A stretch of DNA of 64,000 nucleotides from Ascoidea asiatica JCM 7603 (lineage: Eukaryota; Fungi; Ascomycota), in contig BCKQ01000021.1 of NCBI GenBank assembly GCA_001600695.1, positions 38,031 through 102,030 on the forward strand. The letters are read 5' to 3'. Of this stretch, positions 10,623 to 21,252 are shown piece after piece. The notes under the pieces were generated by a model. It was not told the DNA's origin. It saw only the letters and a list, made by a program, of their open reading frames with translations, and did no database searches. How positions within the stretch are numbered: the first letter of the stretch is position 1; every line of letters starts with the position of its first letter. The translations under genes were made by a program, and so were the position numbers.

Positions 10623-12554
10623 TTATTTTTCATTAGATAATGAAGAATTCGATTCTAAATTAGTTTCTTCGCCTAATTCTTCATCATGTTGTTTTTGAAT
10701 CATTGCTGCAAATCCAAATCTTGATTTTTTTCTTAACATTGGACCCCATTTTTCAAAAACCCATGGAACTGGAAGCATAGCAAATGCAATAAATCCAAAA
10801 ACTGATGATGCCCATCCAGTACCTAATTTATGATACATTTGTACTGTAAATAATGGAAAAATTGATGCAATTATATATCTTAAAAGGTTATTTGCTGCTA
10901 ATGCTGATGCAACTGAAATTGCAGGATATGATAATGTAAAATAAATCATACAACTAAAAAAAATTAAAATTAATGAAAATCCAAATGGTATACCTGCTAA
11001 TGTTGGTACAATCCAATGAACATTTTCTCTTGCAGACCAACCTAACCAAAATAAACTTGGTGGTAAACAAACTGCTCCAACTTTACAAATACCTAATCTT
11101 GATTCAGGTTCTGGAAATTTTAAATTTCCATTTTCATCTAAATCACCTCTTTTACCATTTGGATTAATTTTCCAATATTTTAATCTATCAATTAAAATAT
11201 AATAAATTGTACCTAATAATAATCCAAGTCCAATACCTAAAAATGGTAATCCACCAATTCCTGTACTCATACCATATGTACCAATAAAAATTATTGGATA
11301 TGCTTCAAAAAATCCAAATAAAACTGCAAATACAAATGCAATATAAATTGAAAAAACCATAACAATTGGTTCAACAAATAACATTTCAATTGGTTTAATT
11401 AAAGTAATTGTAAAAATAATTTTTAAAAAATTTAAATCAATTTTTGGTAAATCTAATTTTATACCTCTTTTTATTGCACGTTTTCTTAAAATTACAGGTT
11501 TATAAGTTTCTGGTAATAATAATACAGGTAATAAAATTGCACCTGCTGCCATTAAATTTACCCACATTGTCCATTTCCAACCTTTATTTTCTGCAACAAA
11601 TCCTCCAATAATTGGTCCTAAAATTGGTCCTAAAAATGGTGAAAGACAAAATGATGCCATTGCAATACCTTGCATTTCAGGTTCCCAAATATCAGAAATT
11701 GTACCACCTGCAACTGCCATTGCTGGTGATGCAAAAAATCCACTAAAAAATCTTAAAATTAAAACTGAATAAATTTTATTTGATAAACCAACACCCATTG
11801 TAAATAACATTGAAGTTGGTAATGAAATTATATAAACAATTCTTCTACCAAATAATTCTGAAATTGGTGCTGCAAATGCTGGTCCAAATGCTAAACCAAT
11901 TAAATAAAATGTTAAACCAGATAAACCTAAAGTTTGTGAGATATTAAATTGAATTTCTAAATATGCTAAACCTGAAACAAATAATGATGAACCAAATGTT
12001 ACAACTAAACAAATAAATGCAACAGTCATTGTTGATCTCCATCTTTTCCTTAATGACCAATTTTTTGGATTATCAGGATCAGTATCATTATCCCAATCTA
12101 AATCACTTAAAGAAACTAAATTATCTTCATCATTTTCATCTTCTTTATTATTATTATTATTATTATTAATAGATTTACTATTTTTATGAGAAACTATTGA
12201 TTTTAATTCATTTTGAAAATTTTCTGCAGGAGTTATTGTTAAACTTCTTGTTTTAATTAATTTAATTTCATTATCAATTTCTTCATTTGTTAATTTTCTT
12301 GATAATGTTTTTTTTAAAATTAAATTATTATTATTATTATTGTTATTACTTGAATCAGTTGTTTTATAAGTATCTAAAAATTTTTCATTTCTAACTGAAT
12401 CATCATCATCATCATTATTATCACTATTATTACTACTGATATTATTATCTATATTATTAATTTGATTTTTCAGAACAGTTAAATTTGAAGTTTTATTTGA
12501 AATAGTTGAAGTGAATACTTCATCTTTTTTAGAAGATTCATTATTATCCACCAT
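10623..12554 (-). CDS. TPO4: MFS DHA1 polyamine/drug:H+ antiporter, TPO4-like (paralog a)
   Basis: DLDWDNDTDPDNPKNWS, APISELFGRR, LPETYKPVILRKRA, VASALAANNLLRY, PWVFEKWG; about 12 hydrophobic segments. Closest to Tpo4 among the DHA1 proteins I recall. Confidence 0.85.
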   Translation of the reverse strand: MVDNNESSKKDEVFTSTISNKTSNLTVLKNQINNIDNNISSNNSDNNDDDDDSVRNEKFLDTYKTTDSSNNNNNNNNLILKKTLSRKLTNEEIDNEIKLIKTRSLTITPAENFQNELKSIVSHKNSKSINNNNNNNKEDENDEDNLVSLSDLDWDNDTDPDNPKNWSLRKRWRSTMTVAFICLVVTFGSSLFVSGLAYLEIQFNISQTLGLSGLTFYLIGLAFGPAFAAPISELFGRRIVYIISLPTSMLFTMGVGLSNKIYSVLILRFFSGFFASPAMAVAGGTISDIWEPEMQGIAMASFCLSPFLGPILGPIIGGFVAENKGWKWTMWVNLMAAGAILLPVLLLPETYKPVILRKRAIKRGIKLDLPKIDLNFLKIIFTITLIKPIEMLFVEPIVMVFSIYIAFVFAVLFGFFEAYPIIFIGTYGMSTGIGGLPFLGIGLGLLLGTIYYILIDRLKYWKINPNGKRGDLDENGNLKFPEPESRLGICKVGAVCLPPSLFWLGWSARENVHWIVPTLAGIPFGFSLILIFFSCMIYFTLSYPAISVASALAANNLLRYIIASIFPLFTVQMYHKLGTGWASSVFGFIAFAMLPVPWVFEKWGPMLRKKSRFGFAAMIQKQHDEELGEETNLESNSSLSNEK

Positions 12555-13031
12555 TTTAGAGATTTAAATTAGAATTAATAATTAAATTTGGTTTTAAATT
12601 TGGTAATTTAATTGAATATACCAAGAATGAAATATAAGAGAATAGATAACGATAATTAAGAAACAAGAAAACGAAAAAAAAAATAAAATTAAAATAAGAA
12701 GAAAAGTAAAATAAAATAAGAAGAAGTTAAAGTTGATTTGATTTGATTTAACTTAGTTCGATTACGTATATATTATTGAAGTTATTAAAGAGAATTTTGA
12801 ATCTTTTATATTATATTATTTTAATTTATTTCAATTGCTCTTGAGGTATTTCTTAAAAATTATTTAAAGAATATGAAAGAACCGAAAAAAAAAAAGAGAA
12901 AGAATAAAAGAATGAAATAAAGAAAAAAAGAAATTAGGATGGAAAGAAAATAAGTTTTAAGTATCGTGCAAGATAGGAATCACAGGCTTTGTTATTGAAA
13001 AATATGTATACCAATTTCCATAGATCTTATA

Positions 13032-13109
13032 TTACTAACCTTTTTTCTGAATAAAACTGTTACTAATATTCTTCTTTGAAATTTTCTTTTTATATGAAAT
13101 TATTAGTAA
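13032..13109. promoter_or_regulatory. Cluster of three Yap1-type response elements upstream of TPO4a
   Basis: TTACTAA at 13032-13038 and 13060-13066, TTAGTAA at 13103-13109. The motif is AT-rich, so chance matches are possible. Confidence 0.45.
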
Positions 13110-13419
13110 TTTTTACTTGTTAGCCTTAAACATTTGAAATTTGAATTGAATCCTTCATTGCTTCTTAGTTGATTCTACTTTTATTATTTTCATTCAAAAT
13201 TTTAATTATCAATTCTAGATGAAGTATTAACAAAAAAAAAGAGAGAGCAAAATTTAAAATAGATAGAAACTAATAGTTAACTGTTATACTGATACTAAAA
13301 GTAATATATTATTTTTCAGTATAAAATTTGGATTTGCATGTTAATCTTCGAGATAAACTCATATTCCTTAACAAATTATTCAAAATGACAAAACAATTTC
13401 TTGGAATCGAGAGAAGACG

Positions 13420-13840
13420 ATCCGAATGGAAACAGAAAGAGAAAAAATGCAGCTTGCTATGGAGCTATAGCCGACGGGTAAACTCTAAGGAAACAGGTAC
13501 GGAAAATACTCGGATAAAAATACATAAATCCGTCTCGGAGCAGTTTCCCAAAAGGCCTACAAGCAGCCGAGCCGAGCTTCAGGGTTCATTATTGCATTCG
13601 GTTCGGAAAGAAGTAAACGCAACTTGACGAAAATTTATAAATTTGTCATAACGCAACTTCAGAACGTAATTTTCGAATGTAACGCATCTCTTTTGGGACG
13701 TAACTCCTTTGGGACGGAGAAAAAAAAGTTAACCACCTGCCTAAAATTGTTATTACCACCATGATGGGTTTATTACGTAATATGTTGAAATTTTTGAAAC
13801 GGGTTTATTTTACCCGCAATGGAACCTTTTCGGCCCGTAG
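13420..13840. promoter_or_regulatory. GC-rich upstream regulatory island of TPO4a
   Basis: Many CGG/CCG triplets. Reb1-like CGGGTAA 13475-13481 and TTACCCG 13810-13816; AACGCAACTT x2 (13616, 13650); TTTGGGACG x2 (13692, 13708); TTACGTAA 13773-13780. Confidence 0.5.
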
Positions 13841-13930
13841 TCATAGATTTTACCATAACCCATACATACGTTAGAAGAGAATAAATATAAAAATTTATGA
13901 ATATTTGATATGAAGATTTAATATGAAGAA

Positions 13931-14722
13931 TTAATATGAAGAATGAGTATTTAGATGATTTTTTAATTTAACAAATTGATTTTTAAAATTTTTTGAACAA
14001 TTCCAACAAATTAAATCTGATTTTCTACAAATTAAAGAATTTTTACTTTGAATTTCATTAATTTTTAAAATTAAATTACTAAAATCATTATTTTCTTTAT
14101 TAATTGAATTTAAATTTAATTTAAATTTATCATTAATTAAATCATTTAAATTTAAGAAAAATTCAGTATTAAAAGAATTATAATGTTCTTTTTTTTTTAA
14201 ACTTTTACTTATATTATCTTTTGAAATTATATGTAAATGTAAATTATTCATTGAAGGAATTGAATGAAAACCAATTTTAAAAAAATTATTCATGGAATTT
14301 TCAATTTCTATATCTTTATCTTCATTTATGTCTTCATCTTCATATTCTTCTTTATCCTTTTCATCATTATCATCTTCTTTGTTATTTTTATATTCAAATG
14401 GTAAATGAATACCATTTTCATTTAAATCTTTTAAAATTATATTTTTCTCAATTAATTTTATGAATTGGATTAATTTAAGTTGAAAATTATCATTTTTATT
14501 GAATTTTAAATTCTTATTAAATAATAATAATGGATGAATTTTACTTATTTCTAAATTTCTAGGCATTATAAGATAATGAAATTTAGATTTTGGAAATTTA
14601 TCTTTAATTAAAGTGAAATCATTATTATAATACAAAACCAAATCATTCAAATTTCTTTCTGGATTCAAGATATATGGTTTCAAGCCATTCCTGAAATTGA
14701 ATCTAGTCTTACTCTCACTCAT
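13931..14722 (-). CDS. HNT3: Aprataxin (HIT-family DNA 5'-AMP hydrolase)
   Basis: [35 protein letters not shown] (HIT motif), [15 protein letters not shown]-terminal Zn finger CWNC...HLNTH. Confidence 0.9.
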   Translation of the reverse strand: MSESKTRFNFRNGLKPYILNPERNLNDLVLYYNNDFTLIKDKFPKSKFHYLIMPRNLEISKIHPLLLFNKNLKFNKNDNFQLKLIQFIKLIEKNIILKDLNENGIHLPFEYKNNKEDDNDEKDKEEYEDEDINEDKDIEIENSMNNFFKIGFHSIPSMNNLHLHIISKDNISKSLKKKEHYNSFNTEFFLNLNDLINDKFKLNLNSINKENNDFSNLILKINEIQSKNSLICRKSDLICWNCSKNFKNQFVKLKNHLNTHSSY

Positions 14723-15591
14723 TTCTCTTTCTCCTTTGTTGAACTGAACTGTTTATCATTTTATTATTTATTTCAATATTCATTTCACTCTTTATTTCTT
14801 TATTTCTTATCACTGATCCTAAATTTCATTTCATGTTTCCAGAAACAGGACACCGCAAAGAGAATTCTCGGATTCCTGCTGTTGTTGGCCTTTGTTTTGT
14901 TTGTTGACAGTCACGCAAACCTCAGCCTGTTCCCCTCTGCAAACGGGCGGATGGAGCAGACTTGCTTTTTTAGCTTCAATTTAGAACTCTCTCAGCTATC
15001 ACAAAAATATCAATGAATTAATAGCAATAAATAAATAGTAAATAATGATAAAGACTGTAAAAAGAGTGTAAATCACTTATCTCGAATATTTATCTCGAAT
15101 ATTTATCTTGAATATTTATCCAACATTTGTATTTTCATTGACATTGGCATTGATAGATATAGACATTGACATTGAAATTGACATTTAACCGAGTTGAATT
15201 TTGTTTATTTGAAATAATTATCATCATTTATTGTAAATTAATCAATAATCAATAATCAATAATCAATAATCGATAATAATAATTAAAATTTAAATAAAAG
15301 AAACAATTGAAGACTAATTAATAAGCATTTTTATATAGTTGATTAACTTATTTTAAAATATTAGCAATTTCTATACTTAATTTATCATACTTGAATTTTT
15401 TCAATATGTAAAAAAAATTATTACAAATTATTCAAACTCTTTTAAATAATACAATAATTATTCAACTTTTGATTAATTTTTCATTTCTTTTCTTCCAATT
15501 TATATTCAAAAAAAATTGAATTAATATTTTATATCAATTATATATACTCTTGATAAATTCATACTACCAAAACACTTTTAAAACATTTATA

Positions 15592-17448
15592 ATGAATTCA
15601 ATTGATGATCAAGATTCAAAAAATTCAAAATCTTATTCAAATCAATTTATTGAACATCAATTGACTAATCCTCAACGCATTTATAAAAATAATAATAATA
15701 ATAATAATAATGATAATTTAATCAGAAATTTATCAAATAATGAAATTAATAATGAAATTGATTTGATTAGAAGTAGATCAATTATTTTCACTCCTGCAGA
15801 AAATTTCCAAAATGAACTAAAATCTTTAACAACAAGAAATAATAGTACCAATTTTGATAATAACCCTAATAATAATCCTAATAATCCTAATACCAATAAT
15901 GTTAATAACAAAGATTTAAATGAATTTCCAATAATAGTTTCTGATTTGGATTGGGATAATGATACTGATCCTGATAATCCAAAAAATTGGAGTCTTTTTA
16001 AAAAATGGTTTGCAACAATGACTGTTGCTTATATTTGTTTTGTAACAATGTTTAGTTCTTCAATTTATGTACCTAGTGTACCAAATATTGTAAAAAAATT
16101 TAATATTTCTGAAACTTTAGCTTTATCTGGTTTAACTTTTTATTTAATTGGTTTATCAATTGGTCCAATAATTGCAGCTCCAATTTCTGAAATTTATGGT
16201 AGAAAAATTGTATTTTTTTTCACTTTACCAATTTCCATGCTTTTTATTTTAGGTATTGCTTTATCAAAAAATATTTATTCAATTTTAATTTTAAGATTTT
16301 TTACTTGTCTTTTTGCTTCTCCAGGAATGGCTGTTGCAAGTGGTGTAATTGCTGATATTTGGGAACAACAAATGCAAGGTCTTGCAATGTCTTTTTTTTG
16401 TATGTCTCCATTCTTAGCTCCTGTTTTAGGTCCTGTAATTGGTGGTTTTGTTGTGGAAAAAAAAGATTGGAGATGGACAATGTGGGTAAATTTAATTGCA
16501 GCAGGAATTGCTTTAATTCCAACTTTTATTTTACCAGAATCTTTTAAACCAATTATTCTTAAAAAAAGAGCAATTAGAAGAAATCTAAATATTGAATCAC
16601 AATCTTTTTTTGATCCAAATTATTTAAAATTAATGATAAGTGTATCTTTAACAAAACCTTTAAAAATGTTAATTTTTGAACCAATTGTTTTAGTTTTTTC
16701 AATATATTGTATGTTTTTATTTTCTGTTCTTTATGGATTTTTTGAAGCATATCCTATAATTTATAAAGGTACTTATAAAATGAATTTAGGTATTTCTGGT
16801 TTACCTTATTTAGGTATTGGTATTGGTCTTTTTTTAGGTTTATTTTTTTATATATTAATGGATAGATTAGTTCTTTGGAAAAAAAATTCAAATGGTACAA
16901 GAGGTAATTATGATGAAAATGGTAAATTTATTATGTTAAATCCAGAAAGTATATTATTTGTTGCAAAATTTGGTGCAATTTCTTTACCACCAAGTTTATT
17001 TTGGTTAGGTTGGTCTGCAAGAAAAAATGTTCATTGGATTGTACCAACTTTAGCAGGTATACCATTTGGTTTTGGTTTAATAATAATTTTTTTTTCAACT
17101 TTAATTTATTTTAATTTATCATATCCTGCAATTTCTGTTGCTTCTGCTTTAGCTGCAAATAATTTCTTAAGATATATAATCTCTTCTGTATTTCCATTAT
17201 TTTCTGTTCAAATGTATGAAAGATTAGGTAATGGTTGGGCATCTTCAATATTTGGATTTATTTCTTTATTATTACTTCCAGTTCCTTGGATTTTTGATAA
17301 ATGGGGGCCAAAATTAAGACAAACTTCAAGATATGGTTATTCTGCTTTAGCTAGACAAATTCTTGATGAAGAATCTGGTAAAAATGAATTTGATTCTAAT
17401 ACTTCAAATTCTTTTGACAATATTAACTATAATAAACAAAATATATAA
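15592..17448 (+). CDS. TPO4: MFS DHA1 antiporter, TPO4-like (paralog b)
   Basis: Colinear with paralog a (TPAENFQNELKS, DLDWDNDTDPDNPKNWSL, LPPSLFWLGWSAR, SYPAISVASALAANN). ATG at 15592 (15550 is TTG). Confidence 0.85.
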   Translation: MNSIDDQDSKNSKSYSNQFIEHQLTNPQRIYKNNNNNNNNDNLIRNLSNNEINNEIDLIRSRSIIFTPAENFQNELKSLTTRNNSTNFDNNPNNNPNNPNTNNVNNKDLNEFPIIVSDLDWDNDTDPDNPKNWSLFKKWFATMTVAYICFVTMFSSSIYVPSVPNIVKKFNISETLALSGLTFYLIGLSIGPIIAAPISEIYGRKIVFFFTLPISMLFILGIALSKNIYSILILRFFTCLFASPGMAVASGVIADIWEQQMQGLAMSFFCMSPFLAPVLGPVIGGFVVEKKDWRWTMWVNLIAAGIALIPTFILPESFKPIILKKRAIRRNLNIESQSFFDPNYLKLMISVSLTKPLKMLIFEPIVLVFSIYCMFLFSVLYGFFEAYPIIYKGTYKMNLGISGLPYLGIGIGLFLGLFFYILMDRLVLWKKNSNGTRGNYDENGKFIMLNPESILFVAKFGAISLPPSLFWLGWSARKNVHWIVPTLAGIPFGFGLIIIFFSTLIYFNLSYPAISVASALAANNFLRYIISSVFPLFSVQMYERLGNGWASSIFGFISLLLLPVPWIFDKWGPKLRQTSRYGYSALARQILDEESGKNEFDSNTSNSFDNINYNKQNI

Positions 17449-17802
17449 CTTAATTTAAATAGAAATTTAATAAAAATAAATAAAATAAAATAAAATGTAA
17501 TAAAAACGATCATTATTTTAAAAATATTTAGTAACTGAAACTCTAGAATAATTTGAAAATAACATTAACTAATATGAATAAAGAATACTTTTTTTTTATT
17601 TTGTTTTCCTTTAAGTTCAGAATGTAAAATTAATCTATGAATTAAAGATCTAAATATGAAAGACACGGTTGAAAAAAAAGGTAGAATTAAATAATGAGAA
17701 ATGAAGATTGAAACAAAAAAAAAATTAATGATTAGTTTAAATAGATTAGTTATTAGTTTAATTGAAAATTCTAAAATCTAATTTGAAGTATTATCTTCAA
17801 AT

Positions 17803-20604
17803 TCATATAGTAAATTCACTGGCTGCTTCATTTATTGCTTCTCCAATTTTAGTAAGTTCTGAATTTGCTAGTTCCCAATCATTATTATCAATTGCATCTC
17901 TAATTGAAGGAAATGTCCACCATTCGAACTCCTCTTTTTTATCTGTTAAGAATTCTGGTTTATATTCTTGAGGTCCAAATAATAAATTTTTATACCAAGG
18001 TCTATTTGGATACCCATTAACATCTATTAATCTTCTTTCAAAATTACATAATCTTGCATTCCATTTCCATCTATGAATTGATAATAAAGATGGTTCAACA
18101 TTGGATTCTTGATCTAAAATTTCTTTCCATGTTTTTTTCCAAACTTGATATTCTTTACCATATCTTTGTAATAAAGTAATTGGATGAGTTAATTTATTAA
18201 AATCTAAAGGAAATTGAATATTATTTTTTTGTAAATCAAACATTTTATGAGCATATGATTCTAAATCTTTTGTGAAGTCTTCAAGTTTTTTACCATATTG
18301 ATCTAAATCAACTGGTATTAATGGATCATCAACTAAAGATAAAATAAGATTCGATAAAATTTCAACCAATTTTTTATGATAAATCATTTCTGGATCAATT
18401 TTTTGATCCTGAAAAGATTTAAAATTATCCATACAAGTACTTTCGAAAATATTACCATTTTGATCGTTTGTATATTTGATTTCAATTGATGGAACTCCGG
18501 CATAGGATAAAAAAGGTAAATAATTTTTGTATTCTTTTAAAGATTCAATATCTTCAATATGAAATTTTTCAGAAAGTTTTTTATTATTTTGATCTTGATT
18601 TTCTTCTTTATTATCATCTTTATTGATTTCATCCACTGAATTAAGAATATCCATTATTAGTGAATTATATGAAGGATGAGAAGAGATTTTTAAATCATGA
18701 CCCCCAACTGCATCACTTAAATCAATATATGCATATATTTCTTTTCTTATTTCTTTAACTCTATCTTCAATCCATTCAGTTGCACCTGCAAAGTTATATT
18801 CAGTACCATCTATAGACATGAAATAAATTGTTCTCAAAGGTTTCCAACCTAAAACAGAATTTAATTTTGTAAAAATTTTAACTAATTCCATTAATATAGT
18901 TGTACCAGTATTTGGATTTATAGTACCATAACATGAAGAATCTCTTTGAGCACCTATTATTATTGCTTTTTCACTTTGTTCTTGACCAATTATTTTTCCA
19001 ACAATATTCCATAATGGGTGAGCATCTCTTTTAATTGATTCAGATTTAAAAAAAAGTTTTGAATTTTTTTCAGATAAATCACCAGAATAAATTTGGAAAT
19101 TTTCTTTATTTGGAAAATCTAAAGACCAATCATTTAAATTCGAGTCTGATAAATCAATTTTTATACCATTACCAATTATTGAATTTAAGAAGAAAAAAGC
19201 ATCTTTGAAAGAAATTGTTAAGGAAGGTAAATTTATTGAAGATCTTGAATTTTCCCAGGATAATCCTGCTGATTCAGGTTTAGTTGAAAACCCTGGTGTT
19301 AGAACATCACCAGTTGCAAAATTTGAATTTGCAACAGAATTCTTAAAAATTAAATTATTAATATTATTTGAATTAATTTGATCAGTTGAAAAAGACTGTA
19401 AATAATCTCGATTTGGATCATTAAAAAATACAACAGCATTACAACCGTTTTTTTTAGCAATAGATAATTTTGAAAATGCTGGAATTTTACCAGTTTTTAT
19501 AAAACATATTGAATTTTCTTTATTATTATTAGTTTTTGATAATAAATCAATACCATTTGATTTTAAATAGTTGAAATCTTTTCTTCTACCATAATTTGCA
19601 TATATTATTCTCCCAGTTAATTCCCCATCTGTGGAGAAATAATTAAAAGCTAATTCATTCAAAATCTTTGAAGAAGGTTGAGAATCATCGGAATCATCAT
19701 TTCTTTTAGATAATTGATTAGATAAATCAATTTTATAATTTTCTACTAGATTAGCTTGATATAAAATTTCATTATTATTGTTATCATCATTGGATATTAA
19801 GTTTAAGGTTGAAATATTTGGATAGTTCAAGAAGGAATTAATTTGGCTAAATTCCATTGGACTTAGAGCATCTTGAGTGAAGATGTTATTTATATACCTC
19901 GCTAAGGCTAAATCACCTTCAGTACCAGCTAAATGTGGTACAGAAGAAAGATATTGTAAATTTTCTTGCATTGAATTAACATTAATTGAACTTTTAATAT
20001 TTTTTAAAATTGTTTCTTTATTTGAAAATTGGCCATTTGATATATCTAAATTATTTGGATATAAACCAGAAGAAATAATTATATATAAAAGTCCAGATAC
20101 AAAAGCAATATATAATAATCTTCTCATTATCAAAGGATTACCAACTTTACTTAAATAAGAATCAAATTTAACAGAAAGAAATCTACAGATTTCCACTATT
20201 GGATCGAGAATTTTTGATACTGGATTTATAAATTTTGAATTAAAAGAAGATCTAAATCGTTGACTTGCTTGACTTGCTCGAGAGAAAGAATTTGAAATTA
20301 GATTGGTGGCTCTTGTTATGGAAATTGGATTTGAATTCGTTGATGGTGATGATAATATTGGATCATCAATCTCAAATTGTTCAATATCTAAAGATTCTTG
20401 ATTTGCATTTAAAAAACTATCAGCGCTATCATCACTGTTATCATTATTTTCATCAATATTACTATTTCGATTGTCATTGTTATTGTTATTGTTATTGTCA
20501 TTATTTATTATCTCATTATCAATATTGTCAATATTGTCAGGTAGATCCAAATCATCATAGGATGGAGGTTCGGTTGGTAGCTGGTCATAAGATTGGGACA
20601 CCAT
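17803..20604 (-). CDS. TRE2: Transferrin-receptor-like protein Tre1/Tre2 (Rsp5 adaptor; inactive M28 peptidase fold)
   Basis: N-terminal PPSY motif, one TM helix (LLYIAFVSGLLYIIISSGL), PHLAGTEGD, PA domain (IYANYG), GAQRDS with the Zn-ligand His lost, WKPLRTIYF, RPWYKNLLFGP. Confidence 0.85.
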   Translation of the reverse strand: MVSQSYDQLPTEPPSYDDLDLPDNIDNIDNEIINNDNNNNNNNDNRNSNIDENNDNSDDSADSFLNANQESLDIEQFEIDDPILSSPSTNSNPISITRATNLISNSFSRASQASQRFRSSFNSKFINPVSKILDPIVEICRFLSVKFDSYLSKVGNPLIMRRLLYIAFVSGLLYIIISSGLYPNNLDISNGQFSNKETILKNIKSSINVNSMQENLQYLSSVPHLAGTEGDLALARYINNIFTQDALSPMEFSQINSFLNYPNISTLNLISNDDNNNNEILYQANLVENYKIDLSNQLSKRNDDSDDSQPSSKILNELAFNYFSTDGELTGRIIYANYGRRKDFNYLKSNGIDLLSKTNNNKENSICFIKTGKIPAFSKLSIAKKNGCNAVVFFNDPNRDYLQSFSTDQINSNNINNLIFKNSVANSNFATGDVLTPGFSTKPESAGLSWENSRSSINLPSLTISFKDAFFFLNSIIGNGIKIDLSDSNLNDWSLDFPNKENFQIYSGDLSEKNSKLFFKSESIKRDAHPLWNIVGKIIGQEQSEKAIIIGAQRDSSCYGTINPNTGTTILMELVKIFTKLNSVLGWKPLRTIYFMSIDGTEYNFAGATEWIEDRVKEIRKEIYAYIDLSDAVGGHDLKISSHPSYNSLIMDILNSVDEINKDDNKEENQDQNNKKLSEKFHIEDIESLKEYKNYLPFLSYAGVPSIEIKYTNDQNGNIFESTCMDNFKSFQDQKIDPEMIYHKKLVEILSNLILSLVDDPLIPVDLDQYGKKLEDFTKDLESYAHKMFDLQKNNIQFPLDFNKLTHPITLLQRYGKEYQVWKKTWKEILDQESNVEPSLLSIHRWKWNARLCNFERRLIDVNGYPNRPWYKNLLFGPQEYKPEFLTDKKEEFEWWTFPSIRDAIDNNDWELANSELTKIGEAINEAASEFTI

Positions 20605-21252
20605 TATTTAGCTAATTTATGGAAATATTCTGTAATTGAAAATGTTTTCTGTTCTAATGAAAATGCAAAATAGGGATCTAAAGCAGTATTATCATTAGCA
20701 GCCTATAGCTTAATAGTCAAATTTATTAATATTATATTATATTTAAAAGAACCATTATTTAATTTCTAGACTCCATTCCAATTGATTTATTATTGTTTCT
20801 ATTGATTTTCACTTCTTCTGGTAATAAATCCAGCTCTGCCATCTTTTCTGGTGGTTGGTTTCCTTAAACTTCATCACAACAACACAGCAAAATGAGCCAC
20901 TTGTAAGATAAGCCTTGAATTGCCTTTTTAACGAATTAAGTGGAGTATGAAACCATTGTAAAGGATCATGCATAACAACGTCTAGTTATGTATATTTAGC
21001 ATATTTATGATTTAAAATTAAGTTCCACAAAACTGGTTTCAATTTTTCAATTTTTTTTTCAAATTTTGGTATTTTTTTTGATCTTAATTTTTTTCTCTAA
21101 TGAAAAATTGAATAATAAGTGAAATAATTTATTTTTGACATATTTTTAGTTATTCATTAACAATCAGAAAAGATACTATTCAATTTGTTTAGTTTGTTTT
21201 AATTTAATATAAGTTTAGTGATACTAATCTAAACTTTTAAACTCTAGTTAAA

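Noticed and set aside
13328-13627. 99-aa ORF
   Set aside because: TTG start, overlaps the TPO4a regulatory island, no family features.
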